This document shows positions 10,155 through 19,085 of a stretch of DNA of 64,000 nucleotides, in pieces. Made by a program: the position numbers and the translations under genes. How positions within the stretch are numbered: the first letter of the stretch is position 1; each line of letters opens with the position of its first letter. Source of the DNA: Dehalococcoidia bacterium. GTDB taxonomy: Bacteria; Chloroflexota; Dehalococcoidia; UBA2979. The notes under the pieces were generated by a model that saw only the letters and a list, made by a program, of their open reading frames with translations, was not told the origin of the DNA and did no database searches. The stretch spans positions 1,760,001-1,824,000 of the forward strand of contig OZ253555.1 of assembly GCA_965262725.1 (NCBI GenBank). Reading direction: 5' to 3'.

Positions 10155-11227
10155 CGGGGCAGGCGGGCGGGGGCGGCTGGGACGAGCCGCCGGGCCCCGT
10201 GCCGCCACCGGGCGGGCTGGGCGAGGGCGAGCTGGGCGAGGGCGAGCTGGGCGAGGCGGACGAGGGCGCGGCGAGTGTCCTGCCGCCGGAGGAGGTCGTC
10301 GCCGAGATCGATGCGGGTGGCGTGCTCCCCTCCCGCGAACGCCTGCGCTCGCTCGCCGGCGCGCCGGACGAGGTGCTTTCCCGCTTCGTCGGGCTCTGGC
10401 CGCGCCTCGCACCCGAGCGCCGCCGGTCGCTGCTCACGGCGCTGATGGCGCTCTCCGAGGAGGACGCGACGCTCGACTTCCACCGCATCTCTCTCACCGC
10501 GCTGCTCGACGCCGACGTGGCGACGCGCATCCTCGCCATCAGGGGCCTGCGGGAGGAGGAGCGTCCGGAGTACCTGCGGCTGCTCCTCGACCGGCTCAGG
10601 GATGACGGGGCGCCCGCCGTGCGCGCCGAGGTCGCCGACGCGCTCGGGCGCTTCGTCGTGTCGATGGAGTTCGGGATGGTCGATGAGGACCACGCCGCGC
10701 TTCTCGTCGGGGGGCTGCGCGACGTCGCGGAGGACGTGACCGAGCCGGACGATCTCCGCGCCCGGACGCTCGAGGCGCTCGGCGCGTCGAGCGAGGAGTG
10801 GGTGAGCGAGCTGATCGCCGACTTCTACCAGGCCGGGAGCGACCGCCTCCGGCTCGGCGCGCTCCGGTCGATGGGGCGCAACGCGCGCGACGAGTGGCTG
10901 CCGCTGCTCCTGGCGGCCTTCGACGACGAGGATCCGGAGCTGCGCGCCGCCTCGGCGACCTCGGCCGGTGCTCTCCTGCTGGACGACGCGGTCGATCCGC
11001 TGCTCCTGCTCGCGGTCGGCGACGCGGAGAGGGAGGTGCAGCTCGCTGCGGTCGCGGCGCTCGGCGAGATCGGGAGCACGCTCGCCATCAGGGTGCTCAG
11101 GCGCCTCGCCCGTGAGGGGCCCCCCGAGTGCGCCGCCGCGGCCATCGGGGCGCTCTCCCGGGCGGAGATGGTGCCGCTCAGCGGGCTGGAGGGCTCCCTC
11201 GAGGACGGCGAGGAGGACGACGCGTGA
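10151..11227 (+). CDS. HEAT-repeat protein
   Basis: Repeated helical units (D...VRA..A.ALG); coupled to gpsA by ATGA overlap. Confidence 0.75.
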   Translation: MTGQAGGGGWDEPPGPVPPPGGLGEGELGEGELGEADEGAASVLPPEEVVAEIDAGGVLPSRERLRSLAGAPDEVLSRFVGLWPRLAPERRRSLLTALMALSEEDATLDFHRISLTALLDADVATRILAIRGLREEERPEYLRLLLDRLRDDGAPAVRAEVADALGRFVVSMEFGMVDEDHAALLVGGLRDVAEDVTEPDDLRARTLEALGASSEEWVSELIADFYQAGSDRLRLGALRSMGRNARDEWLPLLLAAFDDEDPELRAASATSAGALLLDDAVDPLLLLAVGDAEREVQLAAVAALGEIGSTLAIRVLRRLAREGPPECAAAAIGALSRAEMVPLSGLEGSLEDGEEDDA

Positions 11228-11697
11228 GCCCCGCCCGGGGTCCGCGCCGCCGCACGATCGCCGCGGGCGGGGTTGTCTACCGCCGCGGCGTCTCGGGAGT
11301 CGAGGTCGTGCTGGTCGGGCGCTCCGACGAGGGGCTGTGGGCCCTCCCCAAGGGACGGCCCGAGGCCGGGGAGTCGCTCGCGGAGACCGCCCGCCGCGAG
11401 GTGGAGGAGGAGACCGGCCTCCGCGTCGAGATTGCGAGGCCGATCGGCGAGATCCGTTACACCCACATGACGCGCGGGGGTGTCCGCGTCGCGAAGGTCG
11501 TCCACCACTACCTGATGACCGCCTCGGGCGGTGACCCGGGGGATCACGACGACGAGTACGACATCGTGGCGTGGCTGTCGGCTCCTCAGGCACTGCGCCG
11601 GCTGACCTACGACAACGAGCGGGATATGCTGCGGCTCGCGCTCGAGCTGGTAGCCCTCGAGCGGGATCGGGGCGGCTCCGAGGAGGCGGCAGGGTGA
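11224..11697 (+). CDS. NUDIX hydrolase
   Basis: Nudix box WALPKG...GES..ETARREVEEETG. Confidence 0.9.
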   Translation: MSPARGPRRRTIAAGGVVYRRGVSGVEVVLVGRSDEGLWALPKGRPEAGESLAETARREVEEETGLRVEIARPIGEIRYTHMTRGGVRVAKVVHHYLMTASGGDPGDHDDEYDIVAWLSAPQALRRLTYDNERDMLRLALELVALERDRGGSEEAAG

Positions 11698-12248
11698 CGA
11701 GGACGGCGCCACGGGTCATCGCGCGCGGCCGGCTGGTGCGCCTCCGCGAGAAGCACCTCGACGACGCCGAGCGCGACTACGCGTGGCGCTCCGACGCCGA
11801 GCTCGCCACCTTCGACGCCGCCCCTCCGCTCTCGATCTCCTTCCGCAGCTTCGTGACGACGCTCGCCGAGGAGCTCAAGAACTCGGGCGCGACCCGGCGC
11901 GTCTTCGCCATCGAGGAGGCCGGCGGCTCCGAGCACATCGGCAACGTCATGTACTACGGCTACGACGCCGGGCGCGCCGAAGGGGAATTCGGCATAACCA
12001 TCGGCAACCGCGACTACTGGGGCCGGGGCTACGGGTCGGAGGCGACGCGCCTCCTCCTCGACTACCTCTTCGCCGAGGTCGGACTGCGGCGCGTCTACCT
12101 GCACACCCTCACCTGGAACCACCGGGCCCAGGGGGCGTTCGAGAAGGCGGGATTCCGCCCCGTGCGCACGGTCCACCGCATGGGGCACGACTTCGTGCTG
12201 ATGGAGGCGTACCGCCCCGGCCCCGAGCCGGGGGCGCACCGCCGGTAG
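11694..12248 (+). CDS. GNAT family N-acetyltransferase (RimJ/RimL-like)
   Basis: YWGRGYGSEA acetyl-CoA motif, N.RA...FEKAGF. Confidence 0.85.
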   Translation: MTRTAPRVIARGRLVRLREKHLDDAERDYAWRSDAELATFDAAPPLSISFRSFVTTLAEELKNSGATRRVFAIEEAGGSEHIGNVMYYGYDAGRAEGEFGITIGNRDYWGRGYGSEATRLLLDYLFAEVGLRRVYLHTLTWNHRAQGAFEKAGFRPVRTVHRMGHDFVLMEAYRPGPEPGAHRR

Positions 12249-12291
12249 CCGGGAGCGCCGCTGCCGCCGGCCGGCCGCCCCCGGGGCCGGG

Positions 12292-13200
12292 TCAGCTCGC
12301 CGGCGGCGCCGGGTTGGCGAGACCCCGCATCAGCTCGGTCGGGACGACCGCCGCGAGTTCGGCGACGCTCCAGCGCTCGCTCTTGTTGATGGAGCGCAGG
12401 GGTTGCGCGTCGTGCGCGATGGAGACCCGGCCGTCCCCGACATAGAACACGCAACCGTTGATGTCCCACGCCTGGTCCGTGCAGAGGTAGGCGACCATGG
12501 GCGCCACGTGGGCCGGCTCGGCGCGCGTCGGCGCCGGGGAGAGCGGGGCGATCCCGGAGGCGGCGCGCGCTGAGCGCGCGCTCTGCGGCACCGACTGCGT
12601 CATCCGGGTCTCGGCTGTGGGCGCGACGGCGTTGGAGGTGACGGCGTAGCGCCCGAGGTCGAGGGCGAGGCAGCGCGCCATACCCGCGATCCCGGCCTTC
12701 GCGGCCCCGTAGTTCGCCTGACCGGAGTTGCCGACCAGCCCCGAGCTGGAGCTGAAGCCGATCAGCCGCCCGAAGCGCTGCTGCCGCATCAGCTGGGAGG
12801 CCGGCCGGACGAGGTGGAAGTAGCCCGCGAGGTGGACGGCGACCACGGTGTCCCACTCGTCCGGCGCCATGTTGAAGACCATGCGATCGCGGAGGATGCC
12901 GGCGGCGTGGATCACGGCGTCGATGCGGTCGAACTCGTCGACCGCGTGCCGGACCATGGACTCGCCCCCCTCGGGCGTCGCGACGCTCCCGGTGTCGGGA
13001 ACGGCCGAGCCGCCCGCGTCCACGATCGCCTGCGCCACCTCCTCGGCCGGGCCGGCGGAGCCGCCCGTGCCGTCGAGGTTGACGCCCGGATCGTTCACGA
13101 CCACGTTCGCGCCGAGACGGCCGAGCAGGAGCGCCACCTCCCGCCCGATGCCGCCCGCGGCTCCGGTCACCAGCGCCGTTCGCCCCGCGAGTGCCGTCAT
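12292..13200 (-). CDS. SDR family oxidoreductase (MFE-2-like 3-hydroxyacyl-CoA dehydrogenase type)
   Basis: TGAAGGIG, VVVNDPG, AGILRDR, NYGAAK. Confidence 0.9.
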   Translation of the reverse strand: MTALAGRTALVTGAAGGIGREVALLLGRLGANVVVNDPGVNLDGTGGSAGPAEEVAQAIVDAGGSAVPDTGSVATPEGGESMVRHAVDEFDRIDAVIHAAGILRDRMVFNMAPDEWDTVVAVHLAGYFHLVRPASQLMRQQRFGRLIGFSSSSGLVGNSGQANYGAAKAGIAGMARCLALDLGRYAVTSNAVAPTAETRMTQSVPQSARSARAASGIAPLSPAPTRAEPAHVAPMVAYLCTDQAWDINGCVFYVGDGRVSIAHDAQPLRSINKSERWSVAELAAVVPTELMRGLANPAPPAS

Positions 13201-13258
13201 CGCTTCGCTCCTCTCGCACCGTGTGGTCCCGACGCGCGCCCCTCCCGTTGCGCCGCGA

Positions 13259-14203
13259 TCACCCGAGTGCCCGCGGGGTCACGTCGCGGCCCGCCACCTC
13301 GACGTCCTCCGGGGGCGGCGACGGGTTCCGCCGCCGGCGCATCAGCACGTAGTGCACGCCGTCGTCGAGCTCGGCGAGCGTCCACGGCGGCGTGGGGGTG
13401 AGGATCGTGTGCTCCGGCAGCGGTTGGTGGGCCAGGGAGACGCGCCCCCCCTGCACGTGGAAGATCTGGCCGTTGATGTTCCAGGCGTAGTCGGAGGCCA
13501 GGTAGCCGACCATCGGGGCCACGTCCTCCGCCTCGCGCATCCCGCCGAAGGCGGAGCGCGGGGCGGAGCCGCGCCCGCTCCCGCCGCCCGGGACCTCCGC
13601 CGTCATGCGCGTCGCGGCCACCGGGGAGACGGCGTTCACCGTCACGCCGTAGCGGCCGAGGTCCCGGGCCGCCACACGCGTGAGGCCGGCGATGGCCGCC
13701 TTCGCGGCGCCGTAGTTCACCTGCCCGGGGTTGCCGAGCAGCCCGGAGACGGAGGTGAAGTTGATGATCCGCCCGGCGCGCTGCGCGCGCATCTGGAGCG
13801 AGGCGGGGCGGATGGTGTTGAAGTGGCCGCTCAGGTGGACGGCGATGACCGCGTCCCACTCCTGCTGCGTCATGTTGAAGATCATGCGGTCGCGGAGGAT
13901 GCCAGCGCAGTTGACCACGATGTCGAGGCGGCCGTAGGCCGCAACGGCTTGCTCCACCATCGCCTCGCCGCCTGCGGCCTCGGCGACCGAGTCGAAGTTG
14001 CCCTGCGCCTCGCCACCCGCGGCGACGATCGCGCTCGCTGTCTGCTCCGCGGGCCCGTTGTCGTGGCCGGTGCCGTCGGTGTTGACGCCGGGGTCGTTGA
14101 CCACGACCGAGGCCCCCTCGGCCCCGAGCAGCGCCGCGACCGCGGCCCCGATGCCGCGGCCCGCCCCCGTCACCAGCGCGACCTTGCCGTCCAGCGCTCC
14201 CAT
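13259..14203 (-). CDS. SDR family oxidoreductase, paralog of 12292..13200
   Basis: TGAGRGIG, VVVNDPG, AGILRDR, NYGAAK. Confidence 0.9.
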   Translation of the reverse strand: MGALDGKVALVTGAGRGIGAAVAALLGAEGASVVVNDPGVNTDGTGHDNGPAEQTASAIVAAGGEAQGNFDSVAEAAGGEAMVEQAVAAYGRLDIVVNCAGILRDRMIFNMTQQEWDAVIAVHLSGHFNTIRPASLQMRAQRAGRIINFTSVSGLLGNPGQVNYGAAKAAIAGLTRVAARDLGRYGVTVNAVSPVAATRMTAEVPGGGSGRGSAPRSAFGGMREAEDVAPMVGYLASDYAWNINGQIFHVQGGRVSLAHQPLPEHTILTPTPPWTLAELDDGVHYVLMRRRRNPSPPPEDVEVAGRDVTPRALG

Positions 14204-14267
14204 GCCTCGCCCCCTCGCTGCGCCTCGTCCCGAGACCGCTTGCGGCCGTCGCCCCAGAGGCCCGGCC

Positions 14268-15053
14268 CTATCTCCGTGCCGCGGCCGCCTGGCTCCGCGT
14301 CCACTCTCGCCGCCGCGCGGCGATCCGCCGCCAGCGCCCGGCCAGGTCCGCGGGGACGTCGTGGTGCGCGGGATCCTCCGCCAGCTCGCCGCGCGTGAGA
14401 TCGACCGCCCAGACGCGCCCGGCGAGCAGCTCCTCGACGAGCTCCTCCTCGCTCGAGACGGGCCGCTCGAAGTAGGTCGCCGCGCGGCCCACGTCCTCCG
14501 GCCGGTGGCTGTCCGAGGCGCCGCTCCGCGGCATCCCGAGCCGTTCGGCGAGCTCCTGCGAGAAGCCGTTCTCGGCGAGCGAGCCGCGGCCGTTGAGCAC
14601 GTCCATCGCGCACATCCCATCCGCGTGAAACAGGGCGACCCCCTCCGCGCGCTGCAGGGCCTTCGCGTACTCGCGGCGGTCGTCCCACTCCATCGTCTGC
14701 AGCACGACCGGCTGGGGCATCCAGCGCCGGTACGGATGCGCGGCGATCATCGCACCGCCGGCCGCCCGCACACGGGCGGTCAGATCGCGCAGGCGGTGCA
14801 TCGCGACGTCGTAGTGGTGGAGCCCGAAGACCAGCGCGTGCCCCTCCTCCACGTTCATCTCGATGCCGGCCAGGACGAGGAAGCGGTGCCGCCTGGCGAG
14901 CGCTCGAGCCTCCTGGGGGTCGAAGGCGGTGTCGTGCTCGGTGAAGACGACGCCGTCGAGCCCCCTCGCCTTCGCCCGCTCGATCACCTCGTCCGGCGTG
15001 AGCTCCGAGTCCCACGAGTGCGGGCGCGTGTGGGCGTGCAGATCAATGAGCAC
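14268..15053 (-). CDS. PHP-domain phosphoesterase
   Basis: IDLHAHT, FTEHD, AAHPYR, ASDSH motifs; GTG start inferred. Confidence 0.82.
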   Translation of the reverse strand: MLIDLHAHTRPHSWDSELTPDEVIERAKARGLDGVVFTEHDTAFDPQEARALARRHRFLVLAGIEMNVEEGHALVFGLHHYDVAMHRLRDLTARVRAAGGAMIAAHPYRRWMPQPVVLQTMEWDDRREYAKALQRAEGVALFHADGMCAMDVLNGRGSLAENGFSQELAERLGMPRSGASDSHRPEDVGRAATYFERPVSSEEELVEELLAGRVWAVDLTRGELAEDPAHHDVPADLAGRWRRIAARRREWTRSQAAAARR

Positions 15054-15115
15054 CGGCCGCTCAGGTCCCGTACGCCCGGCGCTGGATCGGGGGGATGCCG
15101 CTCGCCGCACGCACC

Positions 15116-16321
15116 CTAGTCGGCCGTCAGCACCAGCGTCGCCGTGGTCGCGAGCGAGCCGCCGGTGCCGTTCACCACCGCCGAGCGCGCCTCCACCTGC
15201 CGGCCCGGGAGCCCCACGGCGGTGCGGGCGAGCTGCCGCTGCGCCTCGACCAGCAGCATCATGCCGTACATCCCCGAGTGCGAGAAGGAGAGACCGCCGC
15301 CGTTGGTGTTGACGGGGAGGCGGCCGCCCGGGCGCGCATCGTCCCCGGCCCAGAGGCTTGCCCCCTCGCCGCGCGGCGTCAGCCCGAGCATCTCCGCCGT
15401 GACGGCGGCGGTGTAGGTGAAGGAGTCGTAGATCATCGCCATCTCCATCTCGCCCGGACCCATCCCGGCCATCCGGTAGGCGCGGGCGGCCGAGTCGCGC
15501 GCGGAGGTGGCGGTGAAGTCCTCCATCTGGGTCATGTTCATATGGGAGAGCGCCTCGCCCGCCCCCTCGATCCAGACCGGCGGGTGCCGGAGGCTGCGCG
15601 CGCGCTCCGGGGTGGTGAGCACCACCGCGGAGCCGTGGTCGGTGACGAGGCAGCAGTCGAGCAGCGAGAGCGGCCAGGCGATCACGCGCGATCCGAGGAC
15701 GGTCTCGATGTCGATGGGGCCGCCGTAGGGGTGCGTCTCCTTCGAGTGCATCACTGCCCGCGGGTTGAGCGTTGCCCACTCCCTGGTCACGACGGCGATG
15801 CGAGCGAAGTCCTCCCTGGTCGCGCCGAAGCGGTGCATGTAGCGGTTCATCGCGTGCGCGTAGAACGAAGGCGCACCCCACGCGCCGTAGAGACGCTCGT
15901 AGAGCTCGCCGGGATCCCAGGGATCGAACTGGTGTGCCCCGCCGGTGCCGCGGCCGCCGCGTCGGGGGCCGGAGAAGCCGCACTCGCCGTGCGAGATCAC
16001 CGCGACCTCGATCTCCCCGGTCGCTATGGCCGCGAGGGCGTGGTGCACGAAGAAGAGGAAGGAGGAGCCCCCCATCTGCGTGCTGTCCATGTAGCGCGGC
16101 CGGATACCCAGGTACTCGGCGAGCGCGGCGGCCGGGAAGCGGCCGCTGCCGCCGGTCGCGAAGACGCCGTCGATCTCCTCCCAGCGCACCCCCGCGTCCT
16201 CGACGGCGTTGCGCACCGCCTCGGCGTGGAGCTGGAGCGAGCTCTTCCCCTCGATGAAGCCGATCTCGTCGGACTCACCGGACCCGACGATGGCGGCGGC
16301 GCGGCGCAGCGGGTGGGGCAT
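15116..16321 (-). CDS. Thiolase-like / lipid-transfer (SCP-x/Ltp2-type) protein
   Basis: MGGSS, NPRA, DCCLVTD, IYDSFT, PVNTNGGGLS..H.GMYG. Confidence 0.88.
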   Translation of the reverse strand: MPHPLRRAAAIVGSGESDEIGFIEGKSSLQLHAEAVRNAVEDAGVRWEEIDGVFATGGSGRFPAAALAEYLGIRPRYMDSTQMGGSSFLFFVHHALAAIATGEIEVAVISHGECGFSGPRRGGRGTGGAHQFDPWDPGELYERLYGAWGAPSFYAHAMNRYMHRFGATREDFARIAVVTREWATLNPRAVMHSKETHPYGGPIDIETVLGSRVIAWPLSLLDCCLVTDHGSAVVLTTPERARSLRHPPVWIEGAGEALSHMNMTQMEDFTATSARDSAARAYRMAGMGPGEMEMAMIYDSFTYTAAVTAEMLGLTPRGEGASLWAGDDARPGGRLPVNTNGGGLSFSHSGMYGMMLLVEAQRQLARTAVGLPGRQVEARSAVVNGTGGSLATTATLVLTAD

Positions 16322-16803
16322 CAGGATCCTCCCGCCTCCACGTCGGCGCCACCTGCCGGGCCGGGCGGCCCTGCGACGACGCGCCAGAACGGGATGAAGA
16401 CGCCGTCTGCGGCGCGCTCGAACTCGACGCGCACCGGCGCGCCGATCTGGATGCTCGCGGGATCGCTCGCGTCCACGCCCAGGAGCACGGTCATCATCCG
16501 GACGCCCTCGCGGAGGTCGATGAACGCGGTGACGAACGGCGTCTCGTCGTTCCAGCCGCCGAGGCCCCGCTGCTGGACGGCGAAGGTATACACCGTGCCC
16601 TCGCCCGAGGCCTGGTCCCACTCGAGCTCGTGCGAGTGGCAGTGGGGGCAGATCGTGCGCGGGTAGAAGTGCGCGCGCGAGCACTGCCGGCAGCGCGGGA
16701 GCATCAGCCGACCCTCGGCGGCGCCCTGCCAGAAGGGTCCGGCAGTGATGGTGTCGGGATCGGGAATCGGGCGCGTGTAGACGGGCTCCTCGGGTGGGCT
16801 CAC
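16321..16803 (-). CDS. DUF35 Zn-ribbon/OB-fold protein
   Basis: PFWQG, CRQC...YPR..CPHC, G.VYTF, DLREG.RM; coupled to the thiolase; start inferred. Confidence 0.88.
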   Translation of the reverse strand: MSPPEEPVYTRPIPDPDTITAGPFWQGAAEGRLMLPRCRQCSRAHFYPRTICPHCHSHELEWDQASGEGTVYTFAVQQRGLGGWNDETPFVTAFIDLREGVRMMTVLLGVDASDPASIQIGAPVRVEFERAADGVFIPFWRVVAGPPGPAGGADVEAGGS

Positions 16804-17038
16804 GGGGTTCGTCCTCGCCTGGCGCTGCGGCCGATGGGGCATGCGCGCGGCCGCGCCGCGACGATACGGGCGGCCCCTCCGCCGGTCAACGAACCTCGTT
16901 CCGGGGTCCGGCGGATTCATTGCGCACGCGTAGGGCTCATGCTACGTTCCGGCGCGATCGCGGACTCGGAGCCGCGGCGGCCGCCGCGCCGGAAGTGCAT
17001 GCGTGCTACCGCCTCTGGGGGCTCCTTGAGGGGGTGAC

Positions 17039-17422
17039 GTGATCCCAGAGCAGTACGGACGTGCAGGCGTGCTGTTCCTGTTCGCCATCCTCTTCCCGGC
17101 GCTCCCCCTCGTCGTCTCGCACCTGCTGTACCGCCTCCGCATCCGGCCGGACCGGCCCGATCCCGTGAAGCACTCGGTCTACGAGTGCGGCGTCGAGGCG
17201 GAGGGGAGTTCCTGGGGCCGCTTCAACGCGCGCTACTACCTCTTCGCGCTCGGCTTCGTCATCTTCGACGTCGAGGTGATCTTCCTCTACCCGTGGGCGG
17301 CGGCGCACGCCGACCTCGCGCTCCAATCGCTCGCCGTGCTCGGGAAGGCGGCGCTCTTCATCGGCGTGCTCGCCTTCGGGCTCGGCTACGCCTGGCGCCG
17401 CCGCGCGCTGGAGTGGCACTGA
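17039..17422 (+). CDS. nuoA: NADH-quinone oxidoreductase subunit A
   Basis: YECG, YY.FA..F.IFDVE.IFLYPWA, W...ALEW. Confidence 0.94.
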   Translation: MIPEQYGRAGVLFLFAILFPALPLVVSHLLYRLRIRPDRPDPVKHSVYECGVEAEGSSWGRFNARYYLFALGFVIFDVEVIFLYPWAAAHADLALQSLAVLGKAALFIGVLAFGLGYAWRRRALEWH

Positions 17423-17937
17423 TGCCCCCCGGGCCACGCCAGTTGGGGGGCGAGAGGGTGGCCGCCGCGCTCGAGGCCGCCCTCCCCGGCTCGGTCGTCG
17501 AGGTCCACCCGGAGTGGGTCGTGGTCTCCCCGGGGCACCTGGTCGAGGCGCTCGGCTGGCTGCGGGAATCGGAGGAGTTCGACGCGGCCCAGCTCTCGAA
17601 CCTCTGCGCCGTCGACTACCACGCCTACTTCGAGGTCGTCTACCACCTGCAGTCGCTCGACCTGAACCAGCAGCTGGTCGTCAAGACGCGCACGACCAGC
17701 CGCGAGGACGTCACCGTGCCGAGCGCGTGCGCGGTCTACCAGGGGGCGCTGCTGCAGGAGCGTGAGGCCTACGACCTGATGGGCGTCCGCTTCGAGGGGC
17801 ACCCCGACCTCAGGCGGCTCTTCCTCTGGGAAGGCTACCCCGGGCATCCCCTGCGCAAGGACTTCCTGCAGCTGCAGGGGCACCACCCGGGCCTCCCGCG
17901 GTTCCCCTTCGAGGAGCCCGGGGTCCAGTCGCGATGA
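17422..17937 (+). CDS. nuoC: NADH-quinone oxidoreductase subunit C
   Basis: AVDY, EREAYDLMGVRFEGHPDLRR, GHPLRKDF; TGATG overlap with nuoA. Confidence 0.93.
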   Translation: MPPGPRQLGGERVAAALEAALPGSVVEVHPEWVVVSPGHLVEALGWLRESEEFDAAQLSNLCAVDYHAYFEVVYHLQSLDLNQQLVVKTRTTSREDVTVPSACAVYQGALLQEREAYDLMGVRFEGHPDLRRLFLWEGYPGHPLRKDFLQLQGHHPGLPRFPFEEPGVQSR

Positions 17938-19085
17938 GCGAGGGGGCGATGGAGCCGGGCGGGCCTCCCGCCGACGGCGCGGCCGCCGGTGCCGGCGAGC
18001 CTTACATACTCAACATCGGGCCGCAGCACCCCTCCACGCACGGCGTCTTCCGGCTTCGGGTCGCGATGGATGGCGAGCGCATCGTCGACATGGACATGAT
18101 CGTCGGCTACCTCCATCGCTCGATGGAGAAGCTCGCGGAGGAGCGCACCTACACGCAGAACATCCCGTTCACCGATCGCGCCGACTACCTGGCGGCGATG
18201 TCGGGGAACCTCGGGCTCTGTCTCGCCGCCGAGCGCCTCGCCGGCGTGGAGGTGCCGGAGCGGGCGAGCGTGCTGCGGGTGATCTTCGCCGAGCTGCAGC
18301 GGATCGCCAGCCACGCGATGGGGAACGGGACGCTCGTCTCCGACGCCGGCGCCTGGCAGACGCCGCTCCTCTACATGTTCCGCGAACGCGAGCGCATCCT
18401 CGATCTCTTCGAGATGACCTGCGGGGCGAGGCTCACCACCAACTACATGCGCATTGGCGGCGTCGCCTTCGACCCGCCGCCGGAGTTCTTCCCGCAGCTC
18501 GAGTCACTCGTGGATGATCTTCCGTCGTGTGTGGACGAGTACGTCGAGCTCCTCGCCGAGAACGAGATCTTCCTCGCGCGCACCCGGGGCGTCGGCGTGA
18601 TCTCGGCCGCCGACGCCATCAACGGCTCGCTCACCGGACCCCAGCTGCGCGGCTCGGGCGTTCCCTGGGACCTGCGCAAGGCGGAGCCGTACTCGGGCTA
18701 CGAGCGCTACGACTTCGAGATCCCGGTCGGGAGCGCGGGCGACGTCTACGATCGCTTCATGGTGCGGATGGAGGAGGTGCGCCAGTCCACCCGCATCATC
18801 CGGCAGGCGCTGGAGGCGCTCCCCGGAGGTCCGCACAAGACCGAGGTGCCGCTTGCGCTGCGCCCCGAGCCGGGGGAGGTCTACGGCCGCGTCGAGGGCC
18901 CGCGCGGCGAGGTCGGCTTCTATCTCGTCGCCGACGGGGGGCCGGCGCCGTATCGCTTCCACCTGCGCGCGCCCTCCCTCATCAACCTCTCGCTGCTGCG
19001 CTCCCTCGCCGTCGGCGCCTCCCTCCCGGACGCGGTGGTCACGCTCGGATCGCTCGACATCGTGGTCGGGGAGATAGACAGGTGA
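17934..19085 (+). CDS. nuoD: NADH-quinone oxidoreductase subunit D
   Basis: NIGPQHPSTHGV, GYLHR, DRADY, EGPRGE, DIVVGEIDR; no NiFe CxxC motifs. Confidence 0.95.
   Translation: MSEGAMEPGGPPADGAAAGAGEPYILNIGPQHPSTHGVFRLRVAMDGERIVDMDMIVGYLHRSMEKLAEERTYTQNIPFTDRADYLAAMSGNLGLCLAAERLAGVEVPERASVLRVIFAELQRIASHAMGNGTLVSDAGAWQTPLLYMFRERERILDLFEMTCGARLTTNYMRIGGVAFDPPPEFFPQLESLVDDLPSCVDEYVELLAENEIFLARTRGVGVISAADAINGSLTGPQLRGSGVPWDLRKAEPYSGYERYDFEIPVGSAGDVYDRFMVRMEEVRQSTRIIRQALEALPGGPHKTEVPLALRPEPGEVYGRVEGPRGEVGFYLVADGGPAPYRFHLRAPSLINLSLLRSLAVGASLPDAVVTLGSLDIVVGEIDR

Noticed and set aside
10218-10257. 15-bp repeat (LGEGE) in the HEAT-protein N-terminus
   Set aside because: Only about 2.5 copies in a disordered tail; ordinary slippage
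17934-19085. Group 4 NiFe-hydrogenase large subunit
   Set aside because: No N- or C-terminal CxxC nickel ligands; typical NuoD motifs present
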